Of a DNA stretch of 64,000 bases, positions 1-12,540 are shown one piece after another; position 1 is the first letter of the stretch; every line of letters begins with the position of its first letter. The notes beneath the pieces were generated by a model. That model made no database searches and had not been told where the DNA came from. It worked only from the letters and a program-made list of their open reading frames with translations. This DNA comes from Epithemia pelagica. Its lineage: Eukaryota; Protista; Bacillariophyta. Position numbers and translations under genes: made by a program. The DNA lies in contig OX337241.1 of assembly GCA_946965045.2 (NCBI GenBank), positions 2,852,001-2,916,000 on the forward strand, read 5' to 3'.

Positions 1-1
1 A

Positions 2-3000
2 ACCGCATTCAAGAAGGGTACCAAGCGTGACGCTATGGCATATGAAACATTCAAGGATGAACGATACTACGACACATTCTGGAGGACTTTCAAGACCACA
101 GCAAAAGCCCAAGGTTTATCTAATGTTCTTGACTTCCGATACAAGCCGCCGACGAATGATACATATGCAACAGAACTTTTCCAAGAGCAACAAATCTTCC
201 TATACTTCGTCCTTGTGCGCATCATCCAGACTGATGAAGGAAGAGCTTATGTTCGCGAACATGAACATGATGAAGACGCACGAGCAGTGTTACAGAAGCT
301 TCACACATTGCATACGAAGTCAGACTTAGCGAAACGAGAGGTCTTACGATTAACCAATTACATCTCCAACCTTCGCCTCGATGATACATGGCGTGGATCA
401 TCACGTCAATTTTTGCTTCATTTCCAAGACAAACTACGTTTACTCGATAACCTTGTTGATCTCTCCGATCGCATACCTGATCACACCAGGATGACGTTTC
501 TTATGTAAGCTGTCGAGAAGGTACCTGACCTTCGCAGAGTTAAAATCTTGGACAACGTCGTCAACACGAAGTCTGGAGCAAAGTCTTTATGCTATCAGTC
601 GTACTTCTCCATTTTGATGGACGCAGCATATGACCATGATCAAGTCACGCAATCTTCTGCAACTGGTCGTCGTCGTAGTGTCAAGCAACACGAGCAACAC
701 GAAACACAACATGATATTGAGGGATCCCTTCAGGAAGACGATGCATATCAGATAAACAATACCAATGTCCAAGATGATAACACGGCATCTCCAAAAGCCA
801 GTCTTCCTCGTGACCTATGGTTTAAACTTCCTGAGGATGCTCGCAAGATGATTGTTGAGTATAACAAGAACGTGCAAGCTTCTACTCCAAGTCCAAGAAA
901 AGTACAGCAACACTCCCTTGACATTGATCCTGAACCTGATCCTGACCCTGGTCAAGATGTTTTCGATGACCTGGACAACCCCACATATCCGCAGGATGAT
1001 TCCGATCCAGCCACCCATCTCATCCATCAAGCAATGACGTCAACCGACCTCAATCACCCAGCTTCTGATTTGTCTAATGTTCTATCCAATGCCGCATCTA
1101 AGACGAGTAAGAAAGTTAGTTTCAACCAGAATGAGCACAAGCAGAAGGTCCACATGACTCAATATATGTTCTCTCGAAAGTCGACTTATACTGGGAATCA
1201 ACTCATTGATCGTGGTGCCAATGGTGGTTTAGCCGGAGCTGACATGCGTATCCTTTCCAAGACAGGTCGTAACATCACGATTGTGGGAATCGACAACCAT
1301 GAACTTACTGGTCTCCCCATTGTCACTTGTGCTGCCAAGTTTGAAACTAATGATGGACCAATCGTTGGTATCTTCAACGAATATGCATACTATGGAAAAG
1401 GACAGTCTATACATGCGCCTTGTCAATTGGAACATTATGGGCTATCTGTGGATGAACGTTCTGTCAAGGTGGATGGAAAGCAACGTATCACTACCCTTGA
1501 TGGACGTGCTTTACCTCTGTGTATCAAGGATGGACTTGCCTTTATCCACTCATTAGGTATCCCTTCTGATGATGACATAGACCGATTGCCGCAAATCATC
1601 TTTACTTCGCCATCTACTTGGGACCCCTCTGTTCTTGACCATACTCATTCTGATCCACAGCATGATGCTTCTACTACATGGCATCAGGTTGCGACCGACG
1701 GCAGTATGGCACGTTATCCATATGACACGTATGGGGAGTACACTGATCGTGTTGTCTGCAATCTCAATCTTCTCCTTGACCTTCCTTATGACCACGGACC
1801 CGACAACACCACATATTTCTCTATCTATGCTGATGCTAATGGTGAAGACCCAACCCTTCAACACGCATCTGTCCATCGTCGTTATGTGGAAGAACATGAT
1901 TGGAAACAATTTCGTCCCTTCTTTGGTTGGCAATCCGAGGAAGTTATTGCCGATACTTTCAAGCATACTACACGACATGCTAATGTGATTTTTGACTGTG
2001 ACACTCTCAAGAAACATTTCAAGGCACGCAACCCTATCCTGAATCTACCACGTCGTCATGAACCCGTTGCTACCGATTCGATCTTTTATGATACACCTGC
2101 TGTTGATCATGGTGGAAAGGTGGCTCAAATTTTTGTTGGCCGCGATACTCTTGTCACTGATATTTACGGTATCAAGTCTACCAAGCAATTTGTGAACACT
2201 CTTCAAGACAATATACGCATGCGAGGTGTTATGGAGACACTCATTAGTGATGGGGGTTCATCTCTCATTTCCCATAAGGTTAAGGATATCCTTCGCACCT
2301 TGCTCATCGGGGAGTATTGCTCTGAACCATACCACCAGCATCAGAACAAAGCCGAGAATCGTTATCAGACCGTTAAACGAATGACGAACGCTATCATGAA
2401 TGCAACTGGATGCCCGGCCAATGTTTGGTTACTTTGCCTTGAATATGTCTGTGACTTATTGAATCATTCTTCTTCACATGCACACTCTGGACGTACTCCT
2501 ATTGAGGCTCTCACCGGTCACCCTCCCGACATTTCGCACCTCCTGTTCTTTCCCTTCTGGGATGAAGTCTACTATTGTGTTGACCCCTCCGAACCGTCGT
2601 CTGGTCCCTACCCTTCTTCGACCGATGAGAAACTTGGCCATTGGGTTGGTTTTGCTCACAACGTTGGTGATGCTTTTACATGGAAGATTTTGTCTGCTGA
2701 CAACCATATCCTCTACCGTTCCGCTGTTCGCCGTGTCGCTTCCACTACACCCAACCTTCGTGTGGATCGACCTTCAGGGGAGACGTCTCCGAAAGATGAC
2801 ACTGATAAGCAGGCTGACACTGTCTTCATTCGCAGTAAAAGTGAAGATCCATCCAAACCAATGCCTACAATCGATTACGAAGACATGATAGGACGCACTT
2901 TCCTATGCGACACTGAAGAAAATGGGGAGCGTCATCGAGCACGCGTTGTCAAACGAGTTGTAGATCTTAATGAAGAATCACTCAAGCAAGAAGAACGCAT

Positions 3001-5161
3001 CAAGTACATCTACCGCAAGACAAATTCTGACGTTGATGAAATGATCTCTTATAACCAGTTGATGGAGTATATTGAGAGGGACAATCAAGCGCAGACCTCG
3101 GGAGATAATTTGTTCCGTTTCAGGGATGTTATTGCACATCAAGGCCCACTGTCTTCAACCGACCCGGATTATAAGGGGAGTAAGTATAACTTGCTTGTGG
3201 ATTGGGAAAGTGGGGAGACAACCTATGAACCACTCTCCCTTATTGCCAACGACGACCCAATCACCGTTGCCATATATGGAAAGAAGCATGGGCTCCTCAA
3301 CGAACCAGGATGGAAACACCTGAAACGCTACGTCAAGACGAGTAAACGCCTGATACGTGCTGCAAAACAATCAAGGATCAAACAAGTACGTCGATCAGTC
3401 AAGTATAAGTTTGGATTCCAAGTCCCTCGAGATTACGCCGAGGCTGTCAATCTTGACAAACAAAATGGTACCACAAGGTGGCAAGATGCAACTGAATTGG
3501 AACTGTCTCAGATACAATCATATTAGACATTCAAGGACCATGGGAAGGCCATCTTCACAAATGGCAAGGTATCAAATGCACCTGAAGGATATCAAAAGAT
3601 TTGAGTGCATCTCGTTTTTGATGTAAAACATGATGGTAGGCACAAGGCACGACTTGTTGCAGATGGACACTTGACGAAGGAACCTGTGGAAACGATCTAC
3701 TCTGGAGTTGTTTCTATTCGCAACCTACGAATTGCTTTATTCCTTGGATCTCTGAACGATCTAGAAGTATGGGGAGCAGACATTGGGAATGCGTATCTTG
3801 AAGCATTGACTGGGGAGAAGTTATATATTGTGGCAGGACCCGAGTTCAAGGAGCTAGAAGGTCACATCCTCATCATCTACAAGGCCCTCTATGGTCTCAA
3901 ATCTTCAGGCGCACGATGGCATGATGTCCTTTTTGACGTCCTCACCGATATGGGTTTCTCACCAAGCAAGGCAGATCCTGACATTTGGATGAGAAAAGCA
4001 CCTGGGGAGGATTGCTACGAATACATTGCCGTATATGTGGATGACTTAGCCATCATAGCTACTGACCCTGGAAACATTTGCAAAGTCTTCAAGGAAAAGT
4101 ACAACTTCAAGCTTAAGGGAGATGGACCTATTGACTATCACCTGGGATGCCGGTACACCAAGGACCCTGACGGAACCCTAGTCTCTGATCCACGCCGATA
4201 CATTAGCAAAATGATGGACACCTTCGAACGTATCTTCAAAGAGAAACCCAAGAAGGCTAAAACCCCTCTCATTGCTGGTGATCACCCGGAATTGGACGAC
4301 ACCGAATTCCTTGATGAAGAAGGTACACAGCACTTCCAGACCTTGATTGGACAGCTTCAGTGGGTGATTACAATTGGTCGCTTTGATGTTTTTACTGCTA
4401 CGATGACCCTTCCCAGGTTCCGCGCAGCTCCAAGACAGGGACATCTCAACAGAGCTAAACGCATCTATGGATACCTTTTCACTCTTTCTGATGGTGCAAT
4501 CAGATTCCGAATCGGAGAGCCCGATTTCTCAAGCATTCCAAGTCAAGACTTTGATTGGAGTCGTACGGTCTATTCAGATGCCAAGGAATACATCCCTCAT
4601 GATTGCCCAGAACCACTTGGACGATATGTGACGACAACGCACTATGTTGATGCTAACCTTATGCACGACATGATCACAGGAAAGTCTGTAACAGCCATCC
4701 TTCATCTCTTGAATGGGACACCAATTGATTGGTACAGCAAACGACAGAGCACTGTGGAAACGGCAACATATGGATCAGAATTTGTGGCAGCAAGGACAGC
4801 AGTCGACCAAATCACTGAATTACGGCATTCACTTCGTTACCTTGGAGTACCAATCAGGGATCGCAGTCATCTGTTTGGAGACAATCGATCTGTGGTTGTT
4901 AACGCAACAATGCCTCATTCTATCTTGTCCAAGAGACATCATCTCCTTTCATATCACCGGGTACGAGAAGCGATAGCAGCGCAATACGTTGCATTCTATT
5001 GGAAGGATGGGAAGACCAACCCTGCCGACATCCTCAGCAAGCATTGGGAATTTGCAACTATTTGGCCTCTACTCAAGCCCCTATTGTTTTGGAGAGGAGA
5101 AGTTCAAGATCTCTACGAATCCAGCGATGACAAGGCTGAACCAACGAGCTGTGGGGAGTAG
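2..5161 (+). pseudogene. gag-pol polyprotein interrupted by three in-frame stops (506-508 TAA, 3524-3526 TAG, 3602-3604 TGA)
   Basis: ORFs 35..508, 548..3526 and 3605..5161 share one frame, and the gaps still translate as conserved sequence (AVEKVPDLRRVK; TFKDHG...KI*VHLVFDVK). Confidence 0.9.
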
Positions 5162-5872
5162 TAGAACTCTCACCGAAAATCATCGGTTAGGTTTGGCACC
5201 TCATCGGTTAGTCGAGTCCCGTGGCTTCAAACATCACCTACATCACCTACATCCACACTACATGCCTAGCTTCGCGCTAGCTCAACCTATATTTCGGTCG
5301 CATATACCAAAAAGTGAGAACAGATTGACGAACGTGCTATCAAGAATCAACTTTGGTCTTGATATCCCATCAACGGATGATCATCCGTTGAACATCCGAG
5401 CCTGACCTATGCCCTAAGCGTGCGCGCCCAAATTCGTCAAGATGCGCGCAAGAACTATCCGAGCGTGGCGATCATGTATCCGACCCAACGGTCTAAGTAC
5501 ACAAGGCACGAATCACGATCACGCGAGACCATATCATCGTTACCACTATTTCAAGATTGCAAACAAGGACGCGCCAACAAAACTACATATACCAACTTTA
5601 GCCAAGAATCGTTGAGGCTGTATATGATATACAAGCACATATACATGTTATATACCTCACATACATCAACTCCAACCATTCCAGACCTATCACCGCCAAG
5701 AACCTATTTCACACGATTAACAACAAGAGTGGAAATCTCACACACCAAACCTAGTAGTAAGCTCACAATCATTAACATTACCATATCATCACGTCTTCAG
5801 TGTCCTGACTATCCCTACGATAGAACCCTTGGGTTTCCTTTGTTCTCTGACCCGTGGAGAACCTTGGTATCA
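5159..5872 (+). repeat. putative 3' LTR of the first copia element
   Basis: Starts right after the PPT-like GTGGGGAG and ends at ...GGTATCA, where hAT coding sequence resumes. The 5' LTR is outside the window, so the boundaries cannot be confirmed. Confidence 0.45.
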
Positions 5873-7680
5873 GTTGGTAATCGATTGTGGCTCTTCTAGA
5901 GCGTGTACTGACGGAATTCTACTAACACCTTCCCAACCATCATGATACTGTATACAAGCGATTTGTTCTCCCCATTGATAGAAACTGTCGTGAGGAGCTG
6001 AAGCAAATGTTGCACAAGATTCAGGGTGGACTTAAAATTGCTGCTGACGGTGTGACAGCAAATGGTACGAGTACCATTCTGTACACAGTCTCCAAGGGTC
6101 CAGTCATTATGTTTTGTAGAGCCACGAGAATTCGAAACGAAGCACATGTGGCTGATGCAGAGGTGGAGGACATGGTGGATTTTATGGAGACAGCACGTCG
6201 CGACTTTGATACATCAGTGGTTTGTGTTGCTTGTGACAACGCAGCCAACAATATTGTGAAAGGAGCATGTGAGAAGTACAGAGAACGCAACAAATCAGAA
6301 CCTAGTATTCTCCATAACCGAGACTGTGCACGCTGCATAGATCTGGTGGCCAAAGATCTGGCAAAGGTTCCATGCATTGAGTCAGTCCTGACCGATGCTC
6401 AGTTACTCATGGAGTTTTCCACAACAGACAACGTCGATGGCATCCGGCACGAGCTTGTGCAAACTGGAGAGCTCCCTTGGTCATGTGGTCATGTGACAAA
6501 TTACTCCGACACCAGACTCAACAAAGTCGGCATGACACTCATGTCTATAACCAAACAGAGGCAGTTCTACGAGTGGTGCTGTAACAATCCACCTATGTTC
6601 ATGCAGTACTACAATACGAGGATCAAGAAGCGTCAGGAGAAGCTTGATGCTGCTCTCCGATTGGTCAATCGCGATTTCTGGGCCAAGCTTCATGTCCTAA
6701 TTCAACTATTCCAAGTCATTGAACATGGAACGAAGCTGGTATCAAGTGAGAAATTCCCACTGTCAGCATACTACCCACTGGTTGTGGCAATGAGGAACGA
6801 GATTCACCAAGTCATGAAGAACAGTAGTGGAACACGATCTTTTGATTCTCTGTTTGCAGTGCCTGGGGCAAAAGAATCAATTTTCGACAGTATTGATGTC
6901 CGCTTCAACTTCGCTGGTGTCCTACCCAATGGAAGGAAAGTTGGGCTACTTGACAAGTACCATGTGTGGGCCTATATTGTTGACCCATTCCGCCCAATGA
7001 TCCCATTCCGTCCGTTGCTTCCCTCCCTTGCTCGTTCTGTCCGAGAAGCAATCGACTTCTTTGTCCACGAGGATGGCTCAGCAACTCCAACAAACTCAGC
7101 AACTCCTCCTCCAGCTCCAGGTCCACCTCAATACAACCCAAACTATGACTATGGGGATGAAGATATTGCTGAGGTCCAACAAGCAATCCGTGAAATTGAG
7201 CGAGAATTGGAACCACCACAGAGCAACAAGACTGCTGTCGACAGGGAGCTTCGGTCGTACCTAGGTCGTTCTGGAGACTGGATTGACCTGTTCCACAAAG
7301 AAAAGGCACGGCCAACTATGGACAAGAATGCAGAAGAGCGTCAGCTGACCATTGAAATGGTTACCAAATGGCTCGAAGACATGGGATGGTATCAAGGACG
7401 GATGGACTTCTTCAGCATAGCACCGTCTACAAAGGTGTTTCCATTGCTGATTGAACCACTCCTATCTGTCAGGGCAACAGGGTCAATTTGTGTCGAGAGA
7501 ATTGCTAAACCTCTGAAAAATAATATTTGGAAAAAAATTCGTGCATCGCTTGGCCAGGACAAGGCTGTGGTTTGCCTCAGGGTTGGGCTCAACCTACGGT
7601 ATCTGCTGAACGTGCGGTCAACTATCCGCCAAGCAACCCATGAGCAATACCTTGATTGTGATCTCTTTGGATCTGTGTAA
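5873..7680 (+). mobile_element. hAT-family transposase (DUF659-like), 5'-truncated or interrupted
   Basis: ORF 6007..7680 has KIAADG (first D), ACDNAAN (second D), RDCARCIDL (C/DxxH-type motif with H to R), SDTRLN (TRW/F-like) and GSICVERIAK (catalytic E region). The frame extends to ~5875 through two TAA codons (5878, 5923). Confidence 0.8.
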
Positions 7681-7779
7681 GTCAATCAATGGTTTACCTT
7701 TGATATAAACGAGGACCTGTTGTTTTGTTGGTCTTTACTACGTCTTACGAAAAAATGAGGGAAGGAGCCGTATTTCATA

Positions 7780-7875
7780 GCTACCTAAACTACCTAAACT
7801 TCAAAACCTAAGTTTCACCTAAACTTCTTTAGAAACTACACTAAAAATCTGAGTACCTAAGTTTGATAGCTATAG
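7780..7875. repeat. short CCTAA(A/G) subterminal-type repeats downstream of the hAT transposase
   Basis: ctacctaaactacctaaact..aacctaagtttcacctaaact..tacctaagttt. A possible hAT terminus (...GAAAAGTTCATACTG, reverse complement CAGTATGAAC) lies at 10201-10217, after the intervening insertion. Confidence 0.45.
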
Positions 7876-10194
7876 CTGGGGATACCGATCCACGTACATC
7901 TAAGTAGGCTCAGTACAAAAGCTACGTAGAGTACATAAAATCCCATAGTACACGTCACCCCAGAAATGGTCGGAAGTCCAAAAAAACTCCACGATGACGG
8001 CGAGATCCGGTGATGCCGCATGCATTCACCCATGCATCGCAAAAACATCTGATCATTGTAAGTTGTTTGACTTTGTTCTTGTTACTGTGTTCTGCAGTTA
8101 CAGAAGATTTGTCCCGTTGGATCAAAAGGTATGCTCATTTTTCTGTGGTGCTGTAATCCAACGACCTTCCTAACTCTTTCATTTTTCAACGGTGACTGAA
8201 TCAAATTGAAAGCATAGTTGATCTAGTAGTAAAAAGTCTTATTCTACGAGCTCCACCTCAACAAAATTGCAGCCGCAGTAGCCCGTGCTATCAAGGCCTC
8301 CACTGTTTTTTCTATAGTGATTCTAGCGTCGTAGGAAGACCACTACGTTCATTTTGCACTGCATAACACCACCATGGACAACAAGAACCGCTAGAACCGC
8401 TGTGCACCTCCAACGAAAGGTGCTAGTACTCCTCCGACCATCCAGGATGCCTCAGAATCAAGTGTACCGTGATGGGTGAAAAGGGCGGCATTGAGTTGGC
8501 GAGTTTGATGGACCTACGGTGGTCTTCCATTTTGGGGTCGGAAGCTCGCGACGAGTAGATCGACTGTGGAGATGGATACCGATGGAATGAGCAAAGATTG
8601 CGGGGAGGGAAGTCACCTGAAGCTTTGAAATAGATGGATGAGGCATTGGAGAGCAGCAGCAAGGACACATGGCAATCAACTGGAGGATTCCGAAGCACAA
8701 ACATGACGAGAATCTCGGCAACAACAACGAAGCAAGTGACGATGAGAAGACGACGCCACTGGAGACAATGAATGCAGCAATTCACTTATCGTCCGTCCGC
8801 ATGCAACAATCAACTTCTTGTCTTAGCGTGGTCCGAGCACAGCAAATGAAAGCCTCGTCGGGTTGGTCCAAACGCTCCGAGGCAACAACAACAATCGCGA
8901 CAACAGCAAACAAGGAAGCAACAATACAAGATGACTATGTTTGACAGAATGCAAATTGAAATGGAGTCCGATGGCTGGAATCCTTTGGCATAGATCAGCA
9001 ATGCATGAAAGAGTGTTTACAGCAAACAAGGCAATCACACGGATCGCAATCAACAACAAAACAACAACAGAGTTCCGAACAACAACAAGCAACATGGATG
9101 CAACATGCAACAACTCCCCAAAGTCCTCCTACGAGTCCACTCTTGAACGCGCATCACCCTGCGACAGCGACAGCGACAACAAGGGGTGACAACGATAGCA
9201 AGTGCTGACAACGATAAATCAAAGGGCGAACGTAACAATCCACGATCAACCCCTCGTATCTCCCAAACGAATCATCTCCAAATCGGCAACAAGCGACGAA
9301 AATGACAAGCGGCGACAATGGCAACCACAACAAGCGGCGACAACCACAAAGACAGCAAGCGGTGACAATGACGACAACAACCCAAAGCTCGCTGAGGCCC
9401 AACGAAACACGCGGCGACAACCACCACAACAACAAGCGGTGACAACGACAACAACAATCAACTACTCGCTGCCGCCGAACGAAACACTCGGCGACGAGGA
9501 CAACACTCGGACAACAACAACCCCAATGCAACAACCCCAATGCAACAATCAACGATCGAACATGGGATGGTGGTGAAACAACAATCAACAAAAGAAAGGA
9601 TGGCGAACGAGGATAGATGAACAAGGATGGATGGACCAGCATGGATGAACGCGTAGCGAAAGCCTACGACACATACAAAGCTATCTAGATGCTTTCTATT
9701 GGTAGATGGTCTCTATTAGTAGCTGTTCATATTCATACTCGTAGAGAAGGCGGGTTGATTGTTGTGCCAGCGCCTCGTCTCCATGGTGAAAGTGGGTTGA
9801 TCGGTTTTAGTCCACCACTCGTACGAGAGTGTGAGTCGGCACGTGAAGGAGGGGCAATTCATTTTACTCTATGAAAATGAATGGTGTATTATATCTCGTT
9901 GGGCCGGAAGTGCCACCGAGAAGTGGAAACGTGAAGCACGGGCTACTGCGGCTGCAATTTTGTCGAGGTGGAGCTCGTAGAAGTGATTCAGTCAAGCCCA
10001 ATTATCCAGGAAGTTATTGCCATGGGGGTGATGGCCTCGACCATTGTCGAGTGATGGCTTCCGGATTGCATTGTTTCCCTTGGCGGCAAGTTTTCGAGTG
10101 TGACCATCCGCCCCACTTGTTACACAGACGAAAATAGTACTACGTAGATTAATGTACTGAGCCTACTTAGATGTACATGGATCGGTATCCCCAG
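7876..10194. mobile_element. non-autonomous TIR element (2.3 kb), superfamily unassigned
   Basis: 42-bp terminal inverted repeats CTGGGGATACCGATCCACGTACATCTAAGTAGGCTCAGTACA (7876-7917, 10153-10194; 1 mismatch). A second 48-bp inverted pair lies at 8242-8289 / 9935-9982. The interior is CAA/ACA low-complexity with no convincing ORF. Confidence 0.75.
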
Positions 10195-10362
10195 TTCTTA
10201 CTGAAAAGTTCATACTGATACGAGATGTTAAATCTTAACAAAGACCAACGCGTTTCTGACAGTCAAGCAGTCCCACTTTGAAGACGGGGGACACTTTTCA
10301 AGATGATGACATAATCGTAGTCATGACGTATAAGAGGAGAATGTCGAAAGAGGACTGGAGAA

Positions 10363-10667
10363 TAGAGGTTGGACCCGCACCGCGGTGCTGCGGATCGGAT
10401 CCGCGGATCCGTGGTGCTGATCCCTGGAATCGCAGAGAAAGAGACTGGCGGGTCCGATCCGCGCTACTCGCACCTACGCACAGTAAAGGCGGGGTGCACC
10501 GATTTGGTGCTTTCGAGGTCTGACCGCCCGTACGTCAAATTTGTGCAGAGTACATAAAATCCGATAGTGGTGCGGAACTGCGGAGCACGCGGGTATTTGG
10601 AACCGCATAGGCTGGGATGCGCGGATATCCTACCCGCATCGATGTGAGCTCGCGGGTCCAACCTCTA
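10363..10667. mobile_element. hAT-type MITE (305 bp)
   Basis: 16-bp perfect TIR TAGAGGTTGGACCCGC, and an exact 8-bp TSD CTGGAGAA at 10355-10362 and 10668-10675. Confidence 0.9.
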
Positions 10668-11601
10668 CTGGAGAATCAAACGAAGAAGGCTCCGACATCA
10701 AGACGAAAATGACGTGATATTTTGAAAATAATCTATTGGGAATGATCGCGTTGGATCCAAAGTCTATGGTTGCTATCTGATAAGAACAGGTAGACTTAGA
10801 ATTTAGAACCTATAGGAGTACTCCTACGTATTCTCCGAGAGTCTCGTTACGACCAACGACTTGGTTTCGAAATGCACAAGAGTAGCCCTTTCACTTGTAC
10901 TCCTAGTGAATAAGGAAGAACCAACAACGGTCTAGGGAGGTGTCAGTTTTGCGCACTGTTGAGAGGAGTCGTTGTGAATCGTCCAGGTTTCTAGGTAGCT
11001 TCGTAATTCTAATTCCTCCGTCGACAACATGCGGTGTGAAGCAACAGTAGCGGCTCAAGATTCGTTGCTTCGTTTCAGGATTTATCGAGAGGAGAAATCA
11101 TGTGGGGTCTTGGAGCGGTTTGCGCCCCAAACGAGGCGAGGCAATAGTCGGAGGCAATGATGTTGCTAGGAGCACACACCATGCACATTCACAGACACGG
11201 CAAAATTTCTCAAGCCTCACGAAACTCACCAAATCTCTACCGTTGTACCTCGAAGAACCAAATGGAACCTTTTGAGAATCACCAAACAGAAAAAAGTGAA
11301 TGGCTGCAGAAAGGTGTGACGATAAATGACGCATACAATGCCAGATGTCGATACCACCTACCACCTGGTGGAGTAAGCCTTGTGTACAAGTATTCCAACC
11401 GTTTCTATTTACATCATAGCTATGTAGGAGGATGGAACTAGCGGGGATCGCAAAATGCGTAGCGGCAAAGGGGACTCTTTGAGAGGTTTTGTACAAGTGA
11501 TACAAGAAGAAAGCGCAAATCGTAGTCCAGCGGTAATAGCATGTACAAGGGATGAATCTTCGTCACATGGACTTGACTGTCTTGCTCGGAGGCCAATGGT
11601 A

Positions 11602-12540
11602 TTAACAACACTCGGCAGCCATGCCCAAATACAAGGCAAAGGATCGGGACGGTCCGCTAATGTTTTCACAAACACGACGGAGGACGGCCTCTTGTAGCTC
11701 GTCACACCAATCCGTGCCCTTGATTTCCGACACGGCATCGAGCAACATGCCGCGTCGTCTATACTTGTCGCGGTGAAACTGTTTGGATACGAATTGCTCC
11801 AATCTAACCATTTCCAAAAACTCGTGACAGGGAAGGTCCAGTTCTTGCAGACTCTCTGTGGAAAGGTCCTGCTGCAGCAGCATGTTGCTGCTGCCCTGGA
11901 CACCATGACACTGGGGTAGAGCCGTCGTCTCGCAAATCTTGTTGTACGCTTGACGGATGGGACAAAGATTGGTCTTTGTTCCTGTGGCGGATCGATACTT
12001 CTTGAGGGTATCTTTGACTTCCAAAATCAAGGTAGCCTTGAAGCGATCGTAGTCCTCTTTGGAATACCATTGGGACGACTCGTTACTCTCTGGATCCAAT
12101 TCCTCTTGGAGATTCGCATCGGCAGGAACCGAATCGGTCCAGATTTCCGTCACTTCTTCAAAGCGGACTCGTGAATAGGGCCGTATTCTGCGGCGCTTGC
12201 CAATTTGCCGCTCGTTGGTGTCGTCGTGATCGAGATGGACGCCAGGGACCTTTGTGATATCGGGTTCCACACAAGCTCGTTCGGAGGAAGACAAGGGCGA
12301 TGGCGGATAACAAAGATGATGGTGTCGTGGTTGTTTGGAAGTTAGCAAAATCATCTTGTAAGTGCTGTCCTCGTTGTGGTTGTGTTTCCATAACAGAGGG
12401 ACAAAAAAATGAGTGCGTCTCACCGCCATCGACATCGACCCTACAGCACTTAAGCCAAAGAATGCTGTACTACTGCCCACAACGTCATCCGAACAACCAA
12501 TGATGTCATTGGCCGAAAATCTCAATTTTGTTAAATCCAA
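11602..12540 (-). CDS. hypothetical protein of the common diatom VRF...WYSxxDY...LE...aV family; true start may be a downstream Met (MILLTSKQP)
   Basis: 312-codon ORF with RVRFEEV, QWYSKEDYDRFK, RLEQFV..RRRGMLLDAV and a C-terminal helix SRSFALYLG. The family is recognised from motif pattern only; function unknown. Confidence 0.65.
   Translation of the reverse strand: MDLTKLRFSANDIIGCSDDVVGSSTAFFGLSAVGSMSMAVRRTHFFVPLLWKHNHNEDSTYKMILLTSKQPRHHHLCYPPSPLSSSERACVEPDITKVPGVHLDHDDTNERQIGKRRRIRPYSRVRFEEVTEIWTDSVPADANLQEELDPESNESSQWYSKEDYDRFKATLILEVKDTLKKYRSATGTKTNLCPIRQAYNKICETTALPQCHGVQGSSNMLLQQDLSTESLQELDLPCHEFLEMVRLEQFVSKQFHRDKYRRRGMLLDAVSEIKGTDWCDELQEAVLRRVCENISGPSRSFALYLGMAAECC

Larger units (their letters stand above)
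1..5872 (+). mobile_element. Ty1/copia (CoDi-like) LTR retrotransposon, 5' part outside the window, decayed
   Basis: One reading frame (2..5161) in copia order: gag-like FKKGTKRD..., protease LIDRGANGG, integrase (PVATDSIFY, LISDGG, HQNKAENRYQTVK), RT (HLVFDVKHDGRHKARLVA, KALYGLKSSG, YVDDLAII) and RNase H (YVDAN, TYGSEFVAAR, NPADILSK). It is followed by a purine tract GTGGGGAG (5151-5158). Confidence 0.93.

Noticed and set aside
5865-5873. TGGTATCAG resembling an initiator-Met tRNA primer binding site
   Set aside because: Only 9 nt match, the preceding bases do not end in CA, and hAT coding sequence rather than gag follows. It is more simply read as the LTR end (...TATCA).
5420-5899. 159-aa ORF downstream of pol
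   Set aside because: Lies within the presumed LTR, has a non-ATG start and no recognisable motifs.
8669-9642. Cluster of ORFs on both strands
   Set aside because: By-products of CAA/GTT low-complexity filler inside the TIR element; no domain signal.
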